From Octopus vulgaris (Eukaryota), in contig OX597834.1 in the NCBI GenBank assembly GCA_951406725.2, positions 1,922,001 to 1,986,000 on the forward strand: a stretch of DNA of 64,000 bases. Direction: 5' to 3'. Made by a program: the position numbers and the translations under genes. The notes under the pieces were generated by a model. That model had not been told where the DNA came from. It ran no database searches and worked only from the letters and a program-made list of their open reading frames with translations. Shown piece by piece: positions 53,177 to 64,000 of this stretch (positions within the stretch are counted from its first letter, which is position 1; each line of letters starts with the position of its first letter).

Positions 53177-55511
53177 GTGGTTGTATGTTTAAATATCGAA
53201 TGATATATTCGGGACTGTTCTACGTATTTCTGTATTGTGTAGAAATGTGTTGATACTTTCTCTGTCGTATATATATATGTGTGTAAATAGTGTCGCCTCT
53301 AACGGTCTATTGTATGCTCTGGTTATATTATGCACCACATATTGTATATTATGTATTAAAAAAATGTACTTCAACAGCTAAATGGTTTGTGTGTGTATAT
53401 ATGTGTGTGTGTGTATGGTGGTACGTAATGACTATTATATGATACTTTTTTTATGAAACCTGAAGGTTTCCAATTAAGGTCGACTGTCTGGTCGCCTTGG
53501 TCAGCAGTGATGAAACTGTATATATAGATATCTACATATATAAGTGTGTCTATGTGTGTATATATAGAGAGAGAGACAGAGACAGACAGACAAATAGATG
53601 AATGTATATGTAGGCAGATAGATGGGTCAAATATATTTATTTCAATAAATGTATAGACTGGTTTACGAATACACACCATGCCTTTTAATAGCGAGCTGAA
53701 TTATATTACGCTCTAGATTATGTATATATATAATTATGTATCTCTGTCTCTCTCTTTATATATACACACACACACATATACATATGTATGTATAATTTTT
53801 TTTCTATTTACATAATGCGTGTTGAGTAATCTGATTTTCTATTAACACAGACGGGATATGTCAGACCAAGAAAATGACGACGATGAACCTTGCTACATAT
53901 TTATTGATTATTTATGTATGTGTGTGTATATATATAAATATATATGTATATATATATGTATATATCTAGATAGATAAATAGATAGCCTGGTTGGTGTCGG
54001 TTAACCAGCGACATATTATTCTAACCATTATGTTATCTATTAACCATGGGCTGTAGCCATGAAATATCGAATTGCCATCTTGCTGCCACCATCAGCCAGC
54101 CGTTTGGTATCATCTGATATCATCATCATCATCATCATCGTCTTCACCATCATCTCCTGCTGTAATAATAATAATAATAATAATTATTATTATTATTATT
54201 ATTGTTGCCGCCGCCATATAATAATAACAATAATACCACCACTACCCCTCCGCCGACGACCATCACTTCTGAAACAAACAAGTCTTGTGCCGCCGCCGCC
54301 GTCTCAGCTGCTCCACTCCTACTATTACTCTTTAGTCTCACCCTCTCACTAATTGGGGGAGGAGGAGACGTGATGTTGTAATCTTCATGCTTGGTTTCTT
54401 CTTTTTCTGTGTCAACTCTCTCTCTCTCTCTCTCTTATTCTCTTTCTATTCAACGTAGTCAGATGCACGGTAAGGTATCCACCCCCTTTATATATATGTG
54501 TGTGTGTATATATATATATATATATACACACACACAAATATATGGCAGTATTAATGACGTTATAGTTTAAATATATATATATACATACAGACACACACAT
54601 ATATATAAATGTGTTTTCTCACCAGCATCATTGTCGACGTCGATGCTTCTAGATAGTGACAGTGGTGAAGTTCATGCCTCTACCTCGAATGCTATCAATC
54701 CTCGACACCGAAGCTGGGATATGCCGACTGGCCAGCTGGAGCTTACCTTGTACTACTACTACTACTGTTTCTACTACTGCTAGTAATGCTGGTGCTGGTT
54801 TCTTACACCGGCAGAAACGGGGGGGGGGCACGAAAATGGGACTAATTTTTGCTGGTTGGATTAATGTACGGCCGCCGTATATGACTGGTATGACCATTCT
54901 AAGTGTTTCGTCGAAGGTTGATGAAACAAACAATGTCTTTAATCCGCGCGTGATCTCGTCATCACCACCACCAACAACAACATCAATAATAATAATAATT
55001 TGAGACGGAGGTGTATCTATTTCCGAGATGATGGCGGTACAGGAAGTTATGGATTTTAATACCCGAGTCAGTGTTCGGGTGGATTGTTGCTTTGATTAGT
55101 GGTGGTGATGAAATGTGGAGATAGTTTATAATGGTGATGATGGCCTACATAATAGTTAGGTGCAGTGGTCTCCGACTGGCTGCGACTGAGAATCGAAACC
55201 AGGTCACAAACTTGGTTCGCCCGAATCTGACGACGGTGATGATGATGGTTTGGAAGTATTCAAATGTTGGCACAAAGCCAGCGATTTTACGGGGTCTAGT
55301 CAATTACATCGACTCCAGTGCTCAACTGGTACTTAATTTATCGACCCCGAAAGAATGAAAGGCAAAGTCGACCTTGGCAGCATTTGATCATAATAATAAT
55401 AATCTTCCACACGGTACTCAGGTGCGTTAAAACACTGATGCGTGGCAAGAAATATCTGAACAAAAATATAAAAAAAGATTTTAATATAAATTGAAATAGA
55501 ATGTTAATGTC

Positions 55512-55595
<84 letters not shown>

Positions 55596-56474
55596 AATTT
55601 TGAATTTTTATTGATGTAAATATTATGAGAAAAACATTGTTAGACATAAATGTCTCGTATGTAAATCTTGTAACTATATTTATATAACGCGTGTAATGTG
55701 TGTGTGTGTATATATATATATATACGTGTGTGTATGTATATAGTTTTCTGAAGTTGATTTTTTTTGTTCTGTATAGCTGAATCACTGTAGCTATGTATGT
55801 ATATATAATGTTGGTAACATACTTTACTGTATTAATCGTGCATGCATAATTTTATTCTTCAGTCGGTACTTGTGTGTTGATAATTTCAACTCTGTATCAC
55901 TGCATAAAGCTGTGTGTATATATTATGTAAATAGATGTGTAGTTGTGCTTAGGATGTGTGTATACACCATAACAATGTCGTTATGTTAATATTCTGTTTA
56001 ATAGCTATATAACAACATTCACAATATATTACTATATGTATGTGTTTGCATGTTTTTAGATTTTAAACATCCCGAGAGGGAGAGGCTTTTTTTTAACATA
56101 TTGTTCTGATAATCCCAGTTGATCAGTTTTTCAATTCTTTATAGTACTTGTGTGCGGCCTTATTGTATGTATGTATGTATATATATGTATGTATGTATCC
56201 CCTCTGCCATATTATGTTCATCATCGTTTTAACGCCCACTTTTCCAGTCTTGCATGGGTCAGATAGAATTTTATTGAGGCAGATTTTCTGCGGCCCAGAT
56301 GCCTTTCCTGTCAGCCAATTTTGCCCTTTTCCCCTTTTCCCCAGCAATGTAAATATTTCTCCCCATGGCCAGACATGTTTTTGCAGAATATTGGAAATGA
56401 ATGATACTGCTTGTATAAAGGTGATGCTCGTTTACAACTATCATTTGACATCGAGATATGGAGATGCAGACACG

Positions 56475-56518
<44 letters not shown>

Positions 56519-56782
56519 TTCAGTTTCCATCGACCAATTCCTCTCCTATGGTTCTGGATAGCCCAGGGCTATAGTGGATATATTTGGCTTGATTTTTATG
56601 GTTGGATACCCTTGTTGCCATCCACTTTCTCTTTGTAATTTTTACTCAGTATCAATACAAGAGGTTGAATAGCCCACAAGAAATTTAAACTGAAAAGTCC
56701 TCATAAATTTCTCCCTCTTTGTTGAGTCTTTTTTTAAACTATGGCCTTCCTAGATCTATAGTAGGATATTCCACACACACAC

Positions 56783-56817
<35 letters not shown>

Positions 56818-56818
<1 letters not shown>

Positions 56819-57151
56819 GAAGAAATGAGGTACTCAGAGATTCGGATGGTTTTATATTTACAGATATTTATTTGTATATTACATATTTTTATACATCATA
56901 TAACTTATATCATATATTAGTGCTTTTGTCCATTCTGGTGGATTTTTCAAATTGCGTCCATTCTGGTGGATTTTTAGTTCAATTTGAAAAATCCACCAGA
57001 ATGGACGAAAGCGCTAATATATGATATAAGTTATATGATGTATAAAAACATGTAATATACAAATAAATATCTGTAAATATAAAACCATCCGAATTTCTGA
57101 GTACCTCATTTCTTCTAATATAAGATACCTGTACATCATCTCCAAACCTTC
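56818..57151. repeat. fold-back module (~137-bp arms) flanked by (TA)n
   Basis: 56818-56954 mirrors 56980-57116; same family as 25268-25470; GAAAGCGCUA motif at the inner end. Confidence 0.9.
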
Positions 57152-57152
57152 T

Positions 57153-57206
<54 letters not shown>

Positions 57207-57451
57207 TCATTATTTGCATAATCACTGAACCTGGAGCTTAACTATAGTCTGTCTATATCACTTACTCAGCATTACCTGATACCTTTGGGTCTTATTGACA
57301 CCAATACCTCTCATAACCTATATATATATAAAACATTCGTTTTCCATACTGTCAGGGGCTGACAGGTTCCAATGAGCTGCAGGACTACATCAAGCTCCAA
57401 TGTCAGGTTTGGCATGTATATATTATATTGCTATATAAAGCTCTGTTTGTG

Positions 57452-57482
<31 letters not shown>

Positions 57483-57639
57483 GTAGGACTATATATAGTC
57501 TGGGGGTTTCTGAGAAACTTGGTATTTGTAAATGATGTAGAGAGAGGTCATAGGCAATGTGTTTCACCAAGGGGTTTAGTGTTTAGGCATGTGTTTGAGG
57601 GCTGATTTCGTAGGTCCATCCCCATCTTGTTGTTATGAT

Positions 57640-58260
57640 TCTACAAACCATAACAAAGGAGTTTAAGAATGGGAGGATCCATCAGTGTGAACCTTTGTCT
57701 GTTGATAGTCAAGTCAAAAAGTTAGAGAAGATTGATCTGGTAGAATCTGCTTGATACACAAAACAGAACATGGTAGAAACTGTACAATGTACTTCTGTAA
57801 CCAATGGGTACCCAAAAGGAATTGGTGGGTTTACTATGTCAGGCTGATAGAGAAGGACGACTGTATGTTGCTGATGCATTAGAGACATCAGTGAGAGTAT
57901 GGTTTGCTTTCAAATGCTCAGAAGGGTCCCTTACAGTTGTTGGGAGATTTTGGTACCCAGGGGAACTCATTAGCAGTGGAAGTGGGTTTGCTGAAAGTGT
58001 AGTAGTAACCAGGGTAAGAATTGGGTGTAAAAATAGTTTAGGGAGTTATGATGTTGGCTGGTGACAAAGGGATTCTTTCTTGAAGTGCTGGAGTGTATGA
58101 TAACAAAGTATGAGTTGTGAATGGCCTGTTTCACTGGATGTCTAATGTTAATGAGTATATATGACGGAGAGGAAAACTGGAAATCAGATGTGAGAGAGAA
58201 GAAATTGCCTTGGTGTGGGAGGATGACTGTTGGGTAAAGAAAATAGCAAGGGGCCTGTGG
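57640..58260 (+). mobile_element. degraded RTE-like LINE fragment
   Basis: LTVVGRFWYPGELISSGSGFAESVVVTRVRIG resembles the RTE motif LEVVDxFxYLGxxISxxGG..RIxxAW. Confidence 0.6.
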
Positions 58261-60578
58261 ATGAGGAAGACCAAAGAAAAACCGAGGAAAAAATGGTGAA
58301 AGCTGAAGTTTGTATCTCTGTAGTACCTCTGATAGGAGATCTTCACATGGTATGGCTGTATCTATGGAAATTTCATGCCCTCTTATAATATACACATGAA
58401 CACGTATGACAGGCTTCTTTCAATTTCCGTCTACCAAATCCACTTACAAGACGTTAGTTGGCCTTGGGCTATAGTAGACAATTTTCCAAGGTACCATGCA
58501 GTGGAACTGAACCGAGACCATGTGGTTGGGAAACAAAACTTCTTTAGCACATAGCCACACCAGAGCCTATATATATATAATGTCAGTACTGTATATAGAA
58601 TACGAATTTGTCTATAGTACCTGTGAGTAGTGTATGTAGTGTGTCCATAGTACCACAGCTAACAAAGGAATGCAACAAGTGGGAAGAGATCAAGTTGGAG
58701 AAAAAAAGGTCCAATCCAAGCAAGCCTGGAAAAACAGATGGGATACGTGTGTGTGCGTGTGTGTGTGATGCTTACCATATTGGTATTATTATAATTAATT
58801 AATTGTATATAATATTGAATACCTGTTGCTGACATGTGTAAGCTGATTAGTGTGTATGAAAGGTGCAAATCTTGTAATCTAAGGGGGGAAAAACACTCCC
58901 TTACTTTTGTTACTATAGAAATATGTAAATCTATGTTTTGTAATTTGTATTGTAACTTCTGTGTGTGTGTGTGTGTGTGTGCCTTTAAGTATCTGTCCAA
59001 TATGCAGTGTGTATGTGTGTGCGAAAGATATTCGATCAGCTGCTCCCTGTATTGTATGACTATTTCAGTCTGTATGACACATTTGTGTGTGACCAGATGT
59101 TGATTGTATAGTATAGCTGTATCTATGAAGGTTAGAGCCACCTATAGTGTTTCTATTGGATATAGACTTCAGTTGCTTTCAGTCATGTCGCATTTGACTG
59201 CTCACTTCCTGAAATGTAATATACCCTTCAATCCAGTAAACACACGTATATAGTGGCCACCCCATATGATTAGCACATCCCACATAACACCACTGGTTCA
59301 GTTGTATATAATAATAGGGTACTGTTAGTTCTGCTGTGTGTGTATAGTGTATTTGGAGTGTCTCTAAAATACTCCAGTGTACAATGTAGTGGAGTATCTC
59401 TATCGTAACACAATATATTGTGTATAAGTACCTCTACAGTACTCCAATTCACAGGGTGTATAGTGTTTCAATAGTTCTCCTAAGTGTAATGTTTAGAAAG
59501 TTTCTATAGTACCTCTTTGTAGTGTATATAATGTCTTTACACTGCCGGGATACTTTGTGTGTATTGTGTATAAGTTAAGAATTGGTGACGAATGAAAAGT
59601 TTGAAAATATAATAAGTTTTCATTGTATATATTTAGTCGAGAGAATCGTCTGAGATTGAAATCATAATTCCTAAATTTAACAGGAAAAAATGGATAAGTT
59701 TGTTGGTGTAATTGGTAGCACACTTATCAGGAAAATAAAAGGTGTGGGTTCAATCCCATTGTGTACTAATAGCCACTCTTTTGTGTGTCATGGGTTCCTA
59801 CGCCCCAATATTGGACTATTTTCTATAATTAATATATACAGTGAAACCTTATGTTTACAATACACACACACACACACATGGTCTTCTTTCCAACCATCTG
59901 TGAAAATGTGTGGTCATGAGAAATGAGAGGAGGTGGTGACAGGCAGGGTATCCAGCTGAAGAAAATCCGCCTCAATAAACTCATTCTGACCCATACTAGC
60001 ACCAAAGAGTGATCTCTCTCTTTCACACACACGTCCGTGTTGATTGTGTGTGTGTATACACACATTGTCGTCATCATGTGTTATGTCCTGTTGGCATTTG
60101 TCTGACAAAAGTTATTGGAGAATGAAAATAATGGTCAGTCAGCATTAGTGAAGACACGTGGAATCCACATTCTCTCACACACACGTAAATGAAGGCTTCC
60201 CTACAGTTTCCATTGATTAATTCCACTAGCAAGTCATTGATAGATCAGGGATATATACTTTACCCATCATACTGCAGTGGGGTTAACCCTAAAACCATGA
60301 AACAATGTGTGTGTGTGTGTGTGTACCCTTGTCTAATGTCTCTTTACCCATGATGGCATAGAGAGATGGCTCAACAAAAACTGATTGGCCAGAGAACAAT
60401 ATATGTGTGGTGTGTATAGTGTCAATCATTGTGTGTATAAAGATAACTTGTAATCAATACATGTCCATTGATAGCTAAATATACAATAATACCTTTTATC
60501 TCCTGTTTCTCGATTTTCTTTAGTCTGTTCTTACATATCACTTAACTAAATAAATTACTCTTGTACTTACTGACTCTT

Positions 60579-60609
<31 letters not shown>

Positions 60610-60767
60610 ATATATATGTATACGTTGTGTTCTTGAGCAAAACACTTCATTTCACGTTGCTCCAGTCCACTCAGCTGGCAAAATTGAGTGACGCTGTGAT
60701 GGATTGGCGTCCCGTCCAGCTGGGGAACACATACGCCATAGAAACCGGGCCCATGGACTTTAAACGG

Positions 60768-60807
<40 letters not shown>

Positions 60808-62394
60808 ATATACGTATATATATATATATCAGATGTGTTATACTATTCCACAGCCATGCCAACAATCCAACATACCTCCATCATCAGCTGCCCGTTTTCC
60901 ATATTGGCTTGGGTTGGACAAACCAGAGGGCTGCACCCAGCCCCAATTGTCTGTTTTAGCAGGGTTTCTACAGATGGATGCTCTTTCTAATAGCAACCAC
61001 TTTACAGAGTGTACTGGGGGCTTTCATCTGTGGCTCAGCACCCACAGGGTCACAGAGTAGCAGCTGAGAGGAGCAGTGGCACCGAGGTAATCGGTGGGGT
61101 GCCAGGCAAGAGGTTAGAGTATATAATAGAGGGACAGAGATAGTTCTCTCTCCCCCGCCCCCAGTAGGACAGGGAAGGAGAGGAAGGTGGGAGGAGTCAG
61201 AAAGGTAGAGAGACAGTCAGAGACATGTATTGGGGCTTACCTACAGGGAACAGTGGAGATGTATATACTACCGACAAGGTTGCCCATCTTGTTAGAAACA
61301 GGCACCACGTATCCCTCAAAGTAAAGCAAAAACACAAAAGGAGTGAGAGAGGACATATTGGGTAATGTAGTTTTGTCACGGCCTGACAAAATAATGAAAA
61401 TGATGGGATGGTCATGAATGGAATGTTTTTGATGATCATAAGTTTGTCTCAATCTCCTGGCCCTGGGTTAAATAACAATCCTGTCCTGTGTGTTGTAAGA
61501 AAACCCAGTATTTCTATGCTGTCTTACAGGTTAATCTTGTATATTATTGCAAGTTACCATGGTTAACAACTGTAGAACCCAGTGACACACCTTAAAACTC
61601 CCCCCTATTTCTTCCTCGCTCCACCCCACCACCAATGTGCATGTCTTTAAAAATGGTTGTGCTCCAGTTTTAGGGATTTTCACACTTGTTCCGTTTAGAG
61701 CAAATTAAATAAATAAATATATGTATGGCAGTTGATTGTCAACTTGTCTTGTTACAAGTATGTGTGGGAGGATACTTACATATCGGATTCGGTGATTGTG
61801 TACGTTTTGTGTGTGTGTGTGTGTGTGTGTGTTAGAGAGAGGTGCTTTCATTCAAAGTGCAAGCATTGAGAAAACTATTAAAGTCTATTGGTGTCTTTAC
61901 CGTCAGCAGTGGATGGCTACACCACCACCACACTCCCACTCTGATATATATCATAGACTTATTACTACTACTACTAATAGTGGAACAGTCAGCTTGGCTT
62001 GTTCAGTAATAACACCCTTCGCTTCTGCCTGGGACTCATTCTCACATGATAAGCACATCTCACGTGACTGGCCACACCCCCTTTATTTCTTCTTCTTTTT
62101 TTGTATTTTGGGCCTCCACCAGCTCTGTGTGTGTGTGTGTGTGTGTGTGTCGCTTGTTCCTTCTTTTCTAAATATCTTCATTCTATTATATATGAAGTTA
62201 CAAAATGGGGCGTTTTTCAGTTTAAATGGAAGTTTGTATCCACGTGTGTGTGTGTGTGCATACTATATGTGGGTTTATTAATACGGAGTTTGTCTATATC
62301 TTCATATTCTTTAGCATTATTCTATGTGTGTGTGTGTTATTGATATATTCAGTGCACAAACTATTTAGTAGATAATTTGAAATGTAATGGAAAT

Positions 62395-62760
62395 TATGTG
62401 GTTAAGAGTTTTACTTCTCAACCTCATGGTTTCAGGCACCTTGATCAAGTTTCTTCTATGACTCAGGTCTGGTCAAAGCCTTGTGAGTGAATGTGGTTGA
62501 TGGAAGCTGAAAGATAGATATGTGTATGTATGTATGTATATATATATATATATATATATATTGTGTGTGTTTGTCTCTCCTTGTCTTGAATCTCGCATGA
62601 CAGTTGTCTTCCTGAAAACATGTCTGGTCATGGAGAAATATTACCTTGCTTGAAAACAGGTGAGGTTAAGCAACAGGAAGTGCATCTGGCTGTAGAAAGT
62701 CTACCACAGTGAACATCATTGAATCCATGCAAGCATGGGGAAATGGTCATTACAGTGATG
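62395..62760 (+). mobile_element. SINE family A head with alternative tail 2
   Basis: Tail gcaacaggaagtgcatctggctgtagaa..ccatgcaagcatgg; same tail at ~40100-40330, 49300-49460, 56220-56460 (-), 59880-60010, 60860-61060 (-). Confidence 0.75.
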
Positions 62761-62915
62761 GCAATTATAATGTGAAATGTAATTTTTTTTTCCCTGTGGA
62801 CAGAAAAAAAAAAAAAGATTGATCCAATAAAGTTTCAGTTATTTTTCTATTTTCATCACAGAATGGACATCTCTTTTTTGTGTTCATAAAGAGGTTAATA
62901 GTTTCTGCTTGTTTA

Positions 62916-63297
62916 TCTCTCTCTATATAAACGGCAGTTTGTCTGTGCGTGTTTCTGTGTGTCTGTTTGCTTGTACCCTCACCCTGACCACGGCTTTCAA
63001 CCGATTCTGATGAAACTTGACACACTCATAGCCCAATGTCATAATTCAAAACTAACGCAGCGAAAATTTTGAAAAGTTCCCCCAGTTCTGAAAAAAATCG
63101 ATAAATTCGACATGGGGTCGAGAATCAGAAACACAAACCACAAACTGTCTAGGGGACGCAACTCCACCTTTTTTAACTCTCAAAAAATTTACCATCATTA
63201 TTTTCCATTTTTTTGCTATTTTTTGGCTATAACTCTCTAAAAATGCTTTATAGTTATTTCCCTTACAAACCTGAGCAACGCCGGGCGATACTGCTAG
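62916..63297 (+). mobile_element. non-autonomous Helitron
   Basis: A|TC 5' end (tctctctctatataa), internal accgattctgatgaaacttgacac, 3' hairpin cctgagcaacgccggg shortly before CTAG|T; sits in an AT dinucleotide. Confidence 0.85.
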
Positions 63298-64000
63298 TAG
63301 TAAATACAAACCAAAACTCATCAAAACCAAGTTTCATTAACAAGAAATAATATAGCTTGTATTAATAATAAACCATAAATTTTATGTGTATATCACCCCC
63401 AACCCATATACACAGTTCTTAATAAATTTGTACATTTATGTGTGTTTATATATACATACATACGTACTATGCATGAAGATTAGTGTCATTCTTTACATTT
63501 TCAGATTGGTTGGCACACTACCCCTCCCTCCCCGTGTACTCCGCTCCACTGAATCCTTCCCGGACTTTCCACACTAATACACTCATTCTCAGTCCCACTT
63601 GCCATATACCCTCACCCCTCATTCCCTCCTCTCAGGGGCTCCTGGTTGATGAAGAGTCCTCTTCTGGTTTCCTCATATCTCTTTCTTTTTCTGTGCCTCC
63701 TGCCATCACTGCCATAGGATCTGTCACTGTCTGAGAGCAGCAACTTGCATGTGGTAGATGTGGACTCTGTTGGTTGTAGGGAAGGCAACCTATTTAAGAG
63801 AGAAGACACTTCTTGCTGACAGACAAGCTCTCTAGTGTTTTGTGGTTTGCTAAATTGCACCCAATTCCTGCTATTAATTCAGTGGGTAATTGGAAGGGTA
63901 GCCAGCTTGTTTGGCGCAACACACATTCATGTCGAACTCATGCAAAACTCCAATTGTATTTACGGGACTAACACTGAGTGTTTGTGCTGCACACAGTAGT

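Noticed and set aside
63612-63860. 82-aa minus-strand ORF at the window end
   Set aside because: No recognisable motif, an in-frame stop just upstream, and no convincing splice context.

Overview
AT-rich, microsatellite-saturated animal DNA. The tRNA-head SINE families and (TA)n/(TACA)n/(GATA)n arrays suggest a coleoid cephalopod, probably Octopus (inference from memory, not a database hit). No confidently recognisable host protein-coding gene was found, and most ORF-track entries are microsatellite read-throughs. The window is a nested transposon landscape: a Penelope-like retroelement (RT + GIY-YIG, ~30.6-33.9 kb) split by a truncated mariner; a cecropia-type mariner, a DD37D (maT) element, a hAT/Buster fragment and two non-autonomous Helitrons; RTE, CR1, Tx1, CRE, R4/Dong and Vingi LINE fragments; a probable solo LTR; and many SINEs. 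The most interesting signal is about ten minimal type-I hammerhead-ribozyme-like motifs from several sequence families. They have palindromic stem III and often non-canonical cores, and mostly sit in short Penelope-type terminal modules that abut (TA)n and often form fold-back inverted repeats. Also noted: a fold-back element with two divergent tRNA-like Pol III cassettes, SINE tail swapping, and weak candidates for small host genes near 17.3-17.8 kb and 54-55 kb. Coordinates were read by eye, and repeat boundaries are approximate.
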